DNA of 18,676 nt from Octopus sinensis (GCF_006345805.1 NW_021824412.1:1-18676); one strand, 5' to 3'; positions 1-10,123 are shown, counted from the first letter of the stretch. Numbers and translations are program-made. Notes: generated by a model not told the origin, from the sequence alone.

Positions 1-59
1 TCAGCTTATGTTGAGCCCCTTGTGGGTAATAATGATGGAGCAAGATTAATGGGGTATAG

Positions 60-425
60 TGGTGATCATGGTTTTGCTGTCGTATTTGTGGTGTTAGAAA
101 TAGCTGTGGTGGTGGTGGTGTCAATAGTGATCATTGTGATAGTGGAGGCGGTAGTGGATAGTGGTATTGGCGATGGTGGATGTGGTTGTGGTGGTGGTAT
201 TGTTGGTGGTGATGTTGGTGGTGGTGTTGATGGTGGTTGGTGGTGGTGGTGGTGGTGGTGGTGGTGGTGGTGGTAATGATTTTGATCGTGGTTGTGCCTG
301 ATGGTAGTGATGGTGATTTTGGTGGCGGAGGTGGTAGTGATGTTGGTAATGGTAGTGGTAGTAGTGGTGGTGGTGGTGGTGTTGTTGGTGGTGGTGGTTG
401 TGGTAGTGGTGGGGCGGTAGCGTTG
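60..425. repeat. (GGT)n-rich low-complexity tract, with pure (GGT)n at about 235-273
   Basis: Visible GGT/GAT/AGT trinucleotide mosaic. It explains the poly-V, poly-G, poly-T and poly-H ORFs. Confidence 0.95.
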
Positions 426-684
426 GTTGTATATGTTTACAACTATAGCCGCCACGTATTGTCCCTGTACGATGTCAATTGTATGTGTGTCAGCCATAGT
501 TGCTAACACTCGTTTTTGATATCTCTGAGAAGATTGTGTTTATCTGCTGAAAGAAGTTTTTATCTGGTTTATCGTATTCAAACTTACATCATTGACTCTG
601 TGTGTACGTGTGTGTATAATCTAGTATAGGTGAGTACGTGTATGGGGAGAAGAGAGAGTAAATGGGAGCATAACAGCATGTATA

Positions 685-810
685 TATACATTAACACATA
701 CCCTTATACAATTTATATAAAATATATATATACATACATACATATATAAATACATACATACAAACATATATATCTACATAAATATATACATATATAATGT
801 ATATATGTGC
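685..810. repeat. (TA)n/(TACA)n microsatellite mosaic
   Basis: Directly visible. Confidence 0.9.
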
Positions 811-834
811 GTGTGTGGATACCTATGCTGACAA

Positions 835-1030
835 GGGCTTGGTAAAGGACTGTTAGAATGTTTAGGGATACGGTCCTATACGTTCGGGTTTCAACCCTCA
901 CCGGAATTCAAAACAAGCCGTCTGTTCTTCCACGGTCGAGAAAATACATCGATCAAGTATTGGAGATCGATATAAATGATTATACCCTCCACTCACCCCA
1001 AAATATATGCTTTGTGTCTATAATCAATAT
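835..1030 (+). mobile_element. Diverged tRNA-derived SINE, same family as 8419-8638
   Basis: CACGGTCGAGAAAATAC...GAGATCGATATAAATGATTATACCC aligns with the reverse complement of 8419-8638 (CAGGGTCGATAAAATAAG...GAGATCGATGTGATCGACTTACCCC). Boundaries are approximate. Confidence 0.5.
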
Positions 1031-1040
1031 TACAAATATA

Positions 1041-1190
1041 TTGTTATTGCTATTTAACTCAGGTCATCCTGATAAACCCGGTTGAGGATCAAAGGGTTCC
1101 AACTATGACCAACCCATATTTTTGCGCCCCCCCCCTTTTTTTTCAGATATAGCATCTATGATTATATTAGCCAATGTACCCTTCCTTTAA
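1041..1190 (-). mobile_element. SINE-like dispersed repeat, 3' part (family also at 10760, 14495 and 15783)
   Basis: The reverse complement GGTTGGTCATAGTTGGAACCCTTTGATC...GACCTGAGTTAAAT plus an AAC-like tail matches 10890-10955 and 14625-14690. Confidence 0.5.
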
Positions 1191-1893
1191 CCCAGTAGTA
1201 TATGGTTTTAAGGGGATTTGGGTGTTATTCCTACCACATCGACGTGCGAAAACGCAGAGGGGCCCTGATTATGTGCGAGTATGCGTATGGATGGGTACGT
1301 GTGTGTATGTGGGTGCATACAAGCCAAATAACCGGTTCAAGGCGTGTGTCAAACTGAAGAATCAAAGCGTGTGCACAAGTTTATAGTAAATATATACATT
1401 GTATAGAGACAACACCCGAAGCCTATACAAAAACACTGAATATGTGTTTATTATTCATCCAAAGTAAACAGTACGTGTGTAGGCACGTTTGTTGTGCACA
1501 TATATATTTATTAAAGACGAAACGAATAATAATTTTATACAAAACGAATAACTTTCAAATTCTATAAAGCAATGCAAACAATGGAAAATAATTTAAACAC
1601 TAATTTCAAAAAGAATTTAGCTGTTTACGTTAACTACGTCACAAAACAGCTGTTTACGTCACAGTAACAATATGTTTAGACGGAGCAAATAATTTCAACT
1701 CAAAACAGAGAATACGATTGGTTAAAATTCGCAGATTTAAGCTACGTTTAAACTTATAAAATACATATTTGTCAAAAACACTAGTTGAAATTATTTTCTT
1801 TTGACACATTCTACCAGTATACGAAGTTTCAAATTATTTAGTTAACTAGAAAAATCTGAAAAATCTGGCTTTCAAAATGAAAAGATCCCCTAC

Positions 1894-1895
<2 letters not shown>

Positions 1896-1980
<85 letters not shown>
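1896..1980. repeat. (CA)n(TA)n compound microsatellite
   Basis: Directly visible. Confidence 0.97.
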
Positions 1981-1984
<4 letters not shown>

Positions 1985-2334
1985 TACACGTGCGCACACG
2001 TGGATTGTCCAAAATTCCACGGGTGATAAATCTTCATTTTTTTTTACTTTATGACATGCAGTAAATTTTTATCGAAAATGATCAAATTCCGAATAAATTT
2101 TTTTCTTCATCATTTCATTAATACTACCATAATTATTAATAATTAATAATACCATATACATACAAAAAAAAAGCTATTTCTAATTTGTATATGCACAGTT
2201 AATGAAACTTGTGTACGTTTTTGCCCGGTACCCGGCTATCTTAACGACTTGTTAATGTTTCCACGAAATACACAGATAAAGAAAGTTTTTAAAAAATTCG
2301 GTTAACTAACTAAATGGCATGTCATTATTTTTAC

Positions 2335-2780
2335 GAAACTCAAGATCAGCGAGTCTAACAGCAAGGATACGGATAAAGAGAGAATGGTGAGATTTTTTTA
2401 CAATTCAACAGCATCGTCTCACTTGCGCTCATTTACGCAGCGAGATGCGGACTACTACGAAGAAGGAAGGACAGTAGTTGGCAACGTCACAAGTCCTTGG
2501 GTAGATCCTTGCTGGGAATATTACGTGGGGAGCGTATCTGAAACGAGTTAGAGAATGCAATGAAGTGAGCGATATGATTGCAGAAGAGCGATATGCTCAC
2601 GACAGAACAACTTTTGGTGGACCGGACATGCTGCATGGATGAGACACAGCAAGTGAAACCGTGAAGTTGTTGAGTGGTAAAAGAGAGATCGAAGGAAAAA
2701 AAAAAAACTCACAAGATCTCCAAGACAATGGAGAGACGGTAGGATTAAACTATCCTGGACCGAATGAAAGCGAAGGCGCA
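2335..2780 (+). mobile_element. Decayed 3' end of an RTE-like LINE (ORF2 C-terminus, frameshifted, with stops)
   Basis: Manual translation across frameshifts gives ...FFYNST..., SEMRTTTKKEGQ*LATSQ, WWTGHAAWMRHSK*, EVVEW*KRDR and TRSPRQWRD. This matches the RTE-type pattern LFNST..LYASETWT.TK...WAGHVARM.D.RWT..V.EW.PR...GRP..RW.D. Confidence 0.75.
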
Positions 2781-2872
2781 TACATACATACATACATACA
2801 TACATACATACATACATACATACATACATACATACATACGTACAAACATACATACATACATACATACATACA

Positions 2873-2904
<32 letters not shown>
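2781..2904. repeat. (CATA)n microsatellite between the two LINE 3' ends
   Basis: About 30 CATA units are visible. Confidence 0.97.
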
Positions 2905-2906
<2 letters not shown>

Positions 2907-3679
2907 ACTTAGAATAACTTAGAAAGGTTTTGGCCAGTATTGGCCCAGGCCATGTCTAACTTAATAGCACCACCTGGCGAAGTCTTTCAATTCAGGATTT
3001 GGGCACCGAGGCCCATTCGAGCAGAGAGTTATTGTTTGCGGAGACATATCCGGGTGTGGGTGGTTTGTCCGAGACTGTTTGAAGGAATTTGTCCAAAGAC
3101 TTCTTGAATTTTGTGTGGTCAGTTTCTGTTTTGACGTGTCCTGGTGTAATGTTGAAGAGAGCGGGTCCAATTGAGGTGAAATAATTGTGCCGTATTGTCG
3201 TTATGTGATGCGATTTAGATTTTTGTTGTGGACGGATGGCACGTGGTCCAAGTCTTGGATGTATTTTGAAGGTGATGCCAACATCATTCGGACAGTGCTG
3301 ATGGAATATTTTCCACATCATACAGATAATTTAGCGTTCACAGCGTCGTTGGAGTGAATACAGTTTCAGCGTCTCTAGTCTACCCCAGTAGTCAAGGTCT
3401 GACATGCCATCTATCTTTTTTGTGATTGACCTTTGGGGAGCTTCAATTCTCATAATATTTTGTTTTGTGTAGGGAGACCACAGTGGACAGCAGTATTCAA
3501 GGTGAGGTCGGGCAAAAGTGGAGAAGAGAAGGATAATAGTGTGGGAATCTCTCGACTGGAAGGTTCTGAGAATCCAGGAACACATTCTGCGGGCCATGTC
3601 ATCTTTGTTGCTTATATGTGTAGCCGAGCTTATGTTTTTGTCCACTGTTACTCCCAAGTCTCTGATGTTGTTGGACGCC

Positions 3680-3682
<3 letters not shown>
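2905..3682 (-). mobile_element. 5'-truncated CR1-like LINE: ORF2 C-terminus, 3' UTR and tandem tail
   Basis: Track ORFs 3331-3849 and 2992-3321 are in the same frame, separated by one TAA (3331-3333). Motifs IRDLGV, RPHLEYCCPLWSP, LETLKLYSLQRR and LDKFLQTVSDKP are typical of CR1-group ORF2. There is a 3' UTR hairpin GGCCA-4nt-TGGCC (2932-2945) and a (TTCTAAGTTA)2 tail (2905-2924). Confidence 0.9.
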
Positions 3683-3761
<79 letters not shown>

Positions 3762-3803
3762 CATACATACATACATACAAACACACATACATACATGCAT
3801 ACA

Positions 3804-3833
<30 letters not shown>
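3683..3833. repeat. (TA)n then (CATA)n microsatellite
   Basis: Directly visible. It abuts the CR1 5' truncation point. Confidence 0.97.
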
Positions 3834-3834
<1 letters not shown>

Positions 3835-4095
3835 CTTCCGCAAGATCAAATGGCGAGAGGTCTAGAAAGTATCCGTGTCGACTCGCAATATAGATGGATG
3901 GATAGATGACTCGATAATAATATATCTATCCAAGATCATAGTCGTCACATTCCAGCAGGTATGATCGACAAGCAGGTACCCCGCTTTCGCTGTTTTAAAC
4001 GCCTATATAATCGCGAGTAGACATAGACGACATTCGTGCACCTCTTTTCGCAGCAGAACATCGAGAATGGGACAGCTGGATGGGGTGGAGCCATA

Positions 4096-4195
4096 CATTT
4101 TCTGCTTAGAAGACTGAAGCAACGTGGTACCCAGTCCTGTAATCAAATCACGACTTAGTGATCGTCAACTCAGCAGGCTAACTACTGAGCCACTT
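4096..4195 (-). mobile_element. Old, internally deleted tRNA-derived SINE head, same family as 6390-6712
   Basis: The reverse complement has an A-box TGGCTCAGTAG, a decayed B-box and CACGTTGCTTCAGT, matching CACGTTGCTCCAGT in the 6.6 kb copy. Confidence 0.5.
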
Positions 4196-4198
4196 GTC

Positions 4199-4201
<3 letters not shown>

Positions 4202-4253
<52 letters not shown>

Positions 4254-4292
4254 ACGCACATATATATTTATACATATGTGAATGTACGTGTC

Positions 4293-4350
<58 letters not shown>
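4202..4350. repeat. (CA)n/(TG)n/(TA)n microsatellite mosaic
   Basis: Directly visible. Confidence 0.95.
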
Positions 4351-4351
<1 letters not shown>

Positions 4352-4440
4352 GGGCACACACATACTCCTAGCACCTGATGTGATAGACGTGTCTAATTGT
4401 TCACGAAAATTGAAGTCATATTAAGCTGAAAGGAACTTTT

Positions 4441-4837
4441 AGGAGTGGCTGTGTGGTAAGTAACTTGCTTACCAACCACATGGTTCCGGGTTCACTCCAT
4501 TGCGAGGCATCTTGGGCATGTGTCTTCTATTATTGCCCCGGGCCGACCAAAGCCTTGTGAGTGGATTTGGTAGACGGAAACTGAAAGAAGCCCATAGTAT
4601 ATATGTGAATATATATGTATGTGTGTGTGTGTTTGTCTCCCCAACATCGCTTGACAATCAATGCTGGTGTGTTTACGTCCCCGTAACTTAGCGGTTCGGC
4701 AAAGGAGACCGATAGAATAAGTATCAGGCTTACAAAGAATAAGTCCTGGGGTCGATTTGCTCGACTAAAGGCGGTGCTCCAGCATGGCTGCAGTCAAATG
4801 ACTGAAACAAGTATAAGAGTAAAAGTGTAAAGAGTAT
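4441..4837 (+). mobile_element. Full-length tRNA-derived SINE with a CORE-like segment and an internal microsatellite (octopus OR/OK-type)
   Basis: A-box TGGCTGTGTGG (4446-4456), B-box GGTTCACTCC (4489-4498), CORE-like CATCTTGGGCATGTGTCTT, internal (AT)/(GT)n at about 4598-4633, and an AAGAGT-type tail. Its 3' half recurs inverted at 16331-16505. The family name is from memory. Confidence 0.88.
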
Positions 4838-4971
4838 ACTTGCTGGAGGAATACCATGTAATACCAGACTAAGAGGCCTGGACTTTGCTGATGACATGTC
4901 TTGCTCGTGAAAATTACTCATTGTCACGGAGAAAATTTCTCGCTGTAGACAAATAGAAGTAAACACAGCAA

Positions 4972-5947
4972 CAGAGCTGGGCGTAAGTCCGTTAATCTGT
5001 TAATCGTTAATTAACGAAGTTAACATATTCGTTAACGATTTTATATTTAAGTTAACTTTGAAAATCATTATTAGACTAATTAACTTCCGTTAACTCAAAT
5101 CCGTTAACCCCAAAATTGCATAATAACCAGTAAAAGTTTAAAAGTTTCTAGTATCTTCAGATTGTCTGAGCATATTTAATATTGTACGCGGCTTTCTTTC
5201 AACCTCGATATAACGCCACTTATTATTATAAATAACTTGTAGGACCTCGTTTGTCCCTGCCTGGATTTGAAACAAAATCTACTTCCTTGTTGCTTGCTAA
5301 GACAGCGAGAAATTTCTTTCCCCTGTCATGAGGGAACAGTGTTTGATGTGTTTCCACTTGTTCTGTGACCTCGCTGAAGTGGATATCAATAGAGAAAATA
5401 CTGACTTCCATAAAGCGGAAAAAATAAATGGAAAGAAAAAAAGTTGGTAAATATTTCGGCGTGAGCGCAAATATTTCGGTGTGAGCGCAAATAGCTGTTA
5501 CGTGGTAAAAGGGCAAGTATTTCCTTTCCTGGAAAAATGAGCCGTGTCATATTCGTTGAAAGCATGCAAAATGAAATAAAAATAAAATAGACCCACGAAA
5601 CAAAATTCCCTTGATGGGAAACTTCGTGGTCCTCACCACCCCTCCCACAGTTATTTTCCGGAAGAAAAAGTGGCTTGCGGCGGGTTTGGAGGTCAGGTAC
5701 GGCGAATCCACACGAAAAAACTGGAAAAAATTATTCCAAATCGAGGTACGAAATATTTACTGATAGAATACAGAATAAACTCTTGTACCGATTATACTTG
5801 TATTTTAATTAATTCAAATTAACGTATCTCATCTTGAAAAGTGACAAAATTTTTGTCAGTTGCCATCTGAGATCATTTTAGTAACTTTTTGATTAACGGA
5901 TTAAAGATTAACGATGTTAACTTTTCTATTAACGGTGCCCACCTCTG
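4972..5947. mobile_element. Non-autonomous hAT-type DNA transposon (~976 bp)
   Basis: TIRs CAGAGCTGGGC (4972-4982) and GCCCACCTCTG (5937-5947) match at 10/11. The 8-bp flanks CACAGCAA and CATAGAAA match at 6/8, consistent with a decayed TSD. Subterminal GTTAA/TTAAC repeats are dense at both ends. No recognisable transposase. Confidence 0.75.
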
Positions 5948-5985
5948 CATAGAAAGTCAGTTCGAAGTACTTCCTGGCCAGACTG

Positions 5986-6130
5986 ATATTTATTTTTGCT
6001 CGTAGTAGCTGTTTCTTGTAGTCAAACTATCGTATCTCCAACTTCTTCAAATGCAAGATATCAAAAAATTGTCAAAGTGTAGTACAACAGTTTTGCTATA
6101 GAATGGTGAAACTATTTTTTCGTTTTCTGA
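5986..6130 (+). repeat. Near-identical copy of the interior of the 7184-7453 MITE, lacking TIRs
   Basis: Matches 7260-7405 except for one 1-bp indel (atgcaag/atgccaag) and one substitution (aacag/aacgg). Confidence 0.95.
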
Positions 6131-6389
6131 TAAAAAACCCCATTTCTGAGTAGTTATCTCCTCTGCAGCATCAGACACAAGAAGAGGACAGACTTGGGAT
6201 AGAGCTCCCTCACTATTTTAACGTATTGTGAATTGGTTGCGCTAATCAGCGGATCGGCCGTAATAAAATATGGAATTTATACACACAATGGTGTGTATAA
6301 ATATAAAAGGCTCTTTTATACTCTTTTTTCTAGTCCCTTACTCTGCAGTGGCCTCAAGCCTTGATTGGAGCAGCAAAAAGCGTAAGAGT

Positions 6390-6712
6390 AAAGATCTACT
6401 TCGGTTATAACTGACCATGGAATTGCACCTAGAAAGTTCCCCTCCAAGGTTATTTATGAAAGACCAGCTGTCGCCCATGCATACCAGCCTCCCCTCTCCA
6501 CGTCACCGATGTTATCCAAAGGAAAAGCAAATGGGCCGATGCAGCCTGGCACCAGTGACGTCATAATCCATTTCTACAGCTGACTGAACTGGAGCAACGT
6601 GAAATGAAATGTCTTGCTCAATAACACATCACACAGCCCGTTCCGGGAATCGAACTCACCACCTCAAGATTTGTGAGCCCGACGCTCTAACTACCAGGCC
6701 ATGCGGCTTCAC
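6390..6712 (-). mobile_element. tRNA-derived SINE with a CORE-like domain
   Basis: Minus strand: A-box-like TGGCCTGGTAGTTAGAGC, B-box GAGTTCGATTCCC, then TTGAGCAAGACATTT...CACGTTGCTCCAGT. The 3' boundary is approximate. Confidence 0.82.
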
Positions 6713-7183
6713 GGAACAAAGACAAAATAATAATGATAAAAAGAAATTATATTTTTTAGGTTACTTCAACGATAATTCATTGTTTCCGAACCTTGAGGGC
6801 TTTCATTGTATTAAAAAAGAAAACAAACATTCTATTATTCCTTTATTCGTTATCTTTTTTCTCTCAAAAAATGTATTGTTTTTATCAACAATCTGTCATC
6901 CTGTCCTCCCCTTCGTATCACTTAAGTATAACACTTGAAAGATATATTCAGCGAACAGTCTTTTTTTTCACTCGTCCTCGTTAACCACGTTTCTCTCTTG
7001 GTGTTTTCTTTCACAATGCATTCATATGTATTTCTGTTATCCTGTGTCTCCGTACACTTTTGCTGTTCCTGGTACATTGCGTCCGTGTGTACATATGAAT
7101 ACCTTTACGCTGAAATAATTATATTCATTCATATACGACGAATGCGTTGTGTATGTATATATAACTATATATCTATATATATA

Positions 7184-7452
7184 TCGTTGCTATTATGTTA
7201 AAGTGTCGTATGTCCAAATTTGTCCAAATGCAATTTTTTTTTCAATCGTTCTTTATTGAATATTTATTTTTGCTCGTAGTAGCTGTTTCTTGTAGTCAAA
7301 CTATCGTATCTCCAACTTCTTCAAATGCCAAGATATCAAAAAATTGTCAAAGTGTAGTACAACGGTTTTGCTATAGAATGGTGAAACTATTTTTTCGTTT
7401 TCTGAAAAAAAAAAACGTTTCGGACTTACGACACTTTTGCATAATAGCAACG

Positions 7453-7453
<1 letters not shown>
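7184..7453. mobile_element. 270 bp MITE with 35 bp TIRs and TA flanks (Tc1/mariner-type)
   Basis: Left TIR TCGTTGCTATTATGTTAAAGTGTCGTATGTCCAAA versus right TIR reverse complement TCGTTGCTATTATGCAAAAGTGTCGTAAGTCCGAA, 31/35 identical. TA at 7182-7183 and 7454-7455. Confidence 0.85.
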
Positions 7454-7455
<2 letters not shown>

Positions 7456-7492
<37 letters not shown>

Positions 7493-7512
7493 GCGTGTGT
7501 GTGTGTGTATGT
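7456..7512. repeat. (GT)n microsatellite
   Basis: Directly visible. Confidence 0.95.
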
Positions 7513-8418
7513 ATCGATAGACGGATGGATGGGTTGGTGGATGTGTGTGTTCCATAAAAAAACACGATTTTGTTCGAATTTAATCCTTTTTGTTATATTC
7601 GGAACGACAGCGTCCCTAAATATATTTGTCCATTATCGTTTTGAAATTTGTTTATTTTACGAATGATGGAGTTGGGTGTTGATTTTTGGTTTGTACTTTT
7701 CAGCTATTTAAATTTTTCTGTACACTTCTATATAAAATTGTAGTATCGTCAACTAATATTATTTAATTTAATACGTATGTGCGGGTACCGTTGCGCTTTA
7801 ACTGTTATATGTTCAGAACAACCTAGAAATATTGGATTGCACATTGAAACTACAGGAAAGATTATACCATATAGTATTTTGTGTCTTATTTCTGTGTTTA
7901 CGAATATTAGCGTTATTTTGTATGTAATGTATTCTAAATTTTAGGTAGTCTTTAATGCGTTATTGTATTTATAAGCAGCATGAGTGAAGGAATTATTGTC
8001 AGTGAATGAATGAGCTGGATATACGCTTACAAATATTGTTGACCAAATTTTTAAGTATTATTGGAAAATGCTAGGGGATGATGTCAGTATAAAGGAATTA
8101 CCCGTTAGATTTAATATAAACTTAAACACTAAATTTATATCTACAAAATTAATTACGCTTATGCGCGATTTTTTAAATTAATGCCTTTGAATGTGTCGAC
8201 AGCTTTCTTCATAACAGAATCCATCTAGTGACTATTTATGCTTTAACATGGTAGATACCAAACTCTGAAGACAAGAATCAATTCCAGTGTAAGTCTACGA
8301 TGTACAATATTATTAATCTATAAGCCTCATTAAAATCATACGATCCAATGACCACATCAAACATTCTCGGGCGGTACAATTATCGTAAGATAACAAAACA
8401 CTTCTATCATACAAAAGT

Positions 8419-8638
8419 AATATTGCTTTCAAATTTTAGCACAAGGTCAGCAATTTCGAGGAAGGGGGTAAGTCGATCACATCGATCTCAGAGCTCAACT
8501 GGTACTTATTTTATCGACCCTGGAAGGATGAAAGGTAAAGTTGACTTAGATGGGTTTTGAACTCAGAGCGTAAAGACGGACGAAATACTGTTAAGCATTT
8601 TTCTTAGCATGCTAACGAATCTGCCAGCTCGCCGCCTT
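8419..8638 (-). mobile_element. tRNA-derived SINE with a Meta/MESC-like central domain
   Basis: The minus strand starts GGCGGCGAGCTGGCAGATTCG and has a B-box-like GAGTTCAAAAC and a body CCTTTCATCCTTCCAGGGTCGATAAAATAAGTACCAG. Related pieces lie at 835-1030, 8649-8688 and 14381-14460. The domain name is from memory. Confidence 0.82.
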
Positions 8639-8648
8639 GGTCATGCAT

Positions 8649-8688
8649 AATTAATATCGGTTTCTAATTTTGGCACAAGGCCAGCAAC
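8649..8688 (-). mobile_element. Second 3' tip of the same SINE family, directly adjacent
   Basis: TTTCTAATTTTGGCACAAGGCCAGCAA parallels TTTCAAATTTTAGCACAAGGTCAGCAA at about 8427-8453. Confidence 0.6.
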
Positions 8689-8779
8689 CTCTGGCAAAGA
8701 ACTATTCCTTTGTTGAATTATTTATGATTCAGAAAACTTCAGCTTCCAGTTCATAAATGAATACACACATAAAATATAT

Positions 8780-8894
8780 AAATACGTATACATACATACA
8801 TACATACATACATACATACATACATACATTCATACATATATAAATATATATAGATATATGGCTACGTATATACATATATATATCCATACACAAC

Positions 8895-8930
<36 letters not shown>

Positions 8931-9077
8931 TATATGCGTGTATGTACATATATGTGTAAAAATATATATATTTATATGTATATATATATATTTATATGTA
9001 TATACATATATATATATGTATAAATATGTGTATATATGTATATACATATGTACGTGGTGTATGTATGTATGTATGTC
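8780..9077. repeat. (TACA)n/(TA)n/(TATG)n mosaic
   Basis: Directly visible. Confidence 0.93.
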
Positions 9078-9221
9078 ATTGGTGATGTACTTCTAAACTT
9101 TTAGGTGTACCCATTATTGATATTATATTGCTGTTTCTTCACCTTGTTGTTGTTGCTGTTGTTGTTAGAACTTCATGATAGCTCTGTTACGTCGTAGCAG
9201 TGGAGAGGCTGAAAAAGATTA

Positions 9222-9456
9222 CGACGATGATGATGATGATAAGGAGGAGGAGCAGGAGCAGGAGGAGGAAGAGAAAGAAGAACCATAGTGATTATGATGG
9301 CAATAACAACAACAATTTCTTCTTCTTCTTATTATTATTATCAACATTCTTCTTCTTCTTCTTCTTCTTCTTCTTCTTCTTCTTCTTCTTCTTCTTCTTC
9401 TTCTTCTTCTTCTTCTTCTTCTTCTTCTTCTTCTTCTTCTTCTTCTTCTTCTTCTT

Positions 9457-9487
<31 letters not shown>

Positions 9488-9550
9488 TTATTATTATTAT
9501 CATCATCATCATTATTATTATTATTGTTATTGTTGTTGTTGTTGTTGTTG

Positions 9551-9585
<35 letters not shown>

Positions 9586-9587
9586 GA
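9222..9587. repeat. Compound trinucleotide array including ~46 x TTC (9347-9486)
   Basis: Successive GAT, GAG, AAC, CTT, ATT, ATC and GTT blocks. Confidence 0.97.
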
Positions 9588-9984
9588 CTTAAAATGTGTT
9601 AGGAAGTAAAATGAACTCTATAAGATAAAAATAATGACGACAGACAGACAGACAGAGAGAAAGAGAAAGCAAGCAGAGACACACAATACTCTTTGGAAAT
9701 TAACTTTTATATCCATCATGTTTCCTTGTGGTTTTGGTCAATTAAAACTTTTGTGTTGTTTTTGTCAAAGAATATAAGGAAAACATGGTGACAACAACAA
9801 CAACGACGGCGATGTGCAATAAAATACGACTTCCACCATTTAAAGAATGGCGCGAAAAAAGCTTGAAAGGCAAAACGAAACATTTTAAGAAATATTCCTC
9901 GTTACCACCGCCATCATGTTTTACTTCTCTTTCTCCTTTCGTGCTTTCTCTGTTTCCTCTTCCTCTTTTTTATCTTTTCCTCCT

Positions 9985-10056
9985 CCTTATCATCATCATC
10001 ACTACCACCTCCACAACAACAATAACAACAACAGCAATAAGAAAAAGAACAAAAAC

Positions 10057-10115
<59 letters not shown>

Positions 10116-10123
10116 TGATGATG

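Noticed and set aside
4888-4925. CTGATGA followed by GAAA as another hammerhead
   Set aside because: Stem II is only marginal, and there is no consistent stem I or stem III around a valid cleavage triplet.
5226-5516. 96 aa ORF inside the hAT-type element as a transposase fragment
   Set aside because: No hAT motif is present in this frame. A short ERNFS in another frame is too small to support homology.
6275-6310. Hairpin as a Helitron 3' end
   Set aside because: There is no CTRR terminus at the expected distance, and the stem is AT-rich.
4441-6712. SINE heads at 4441 and 6712 as tRNA genes
   Set aside because: They have A and B boxes but no complete cloverleaf, and they continue into repeat bodies.
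7301-7400. MITE interior reading as a piggyBac-like (FDNFLIS) or Tc1 HTH-like (AKISKNCQSVVQRF) peptide
   Set aside because: These are very short matches in opposite strands, which cannot be distinguished from chance without a search.
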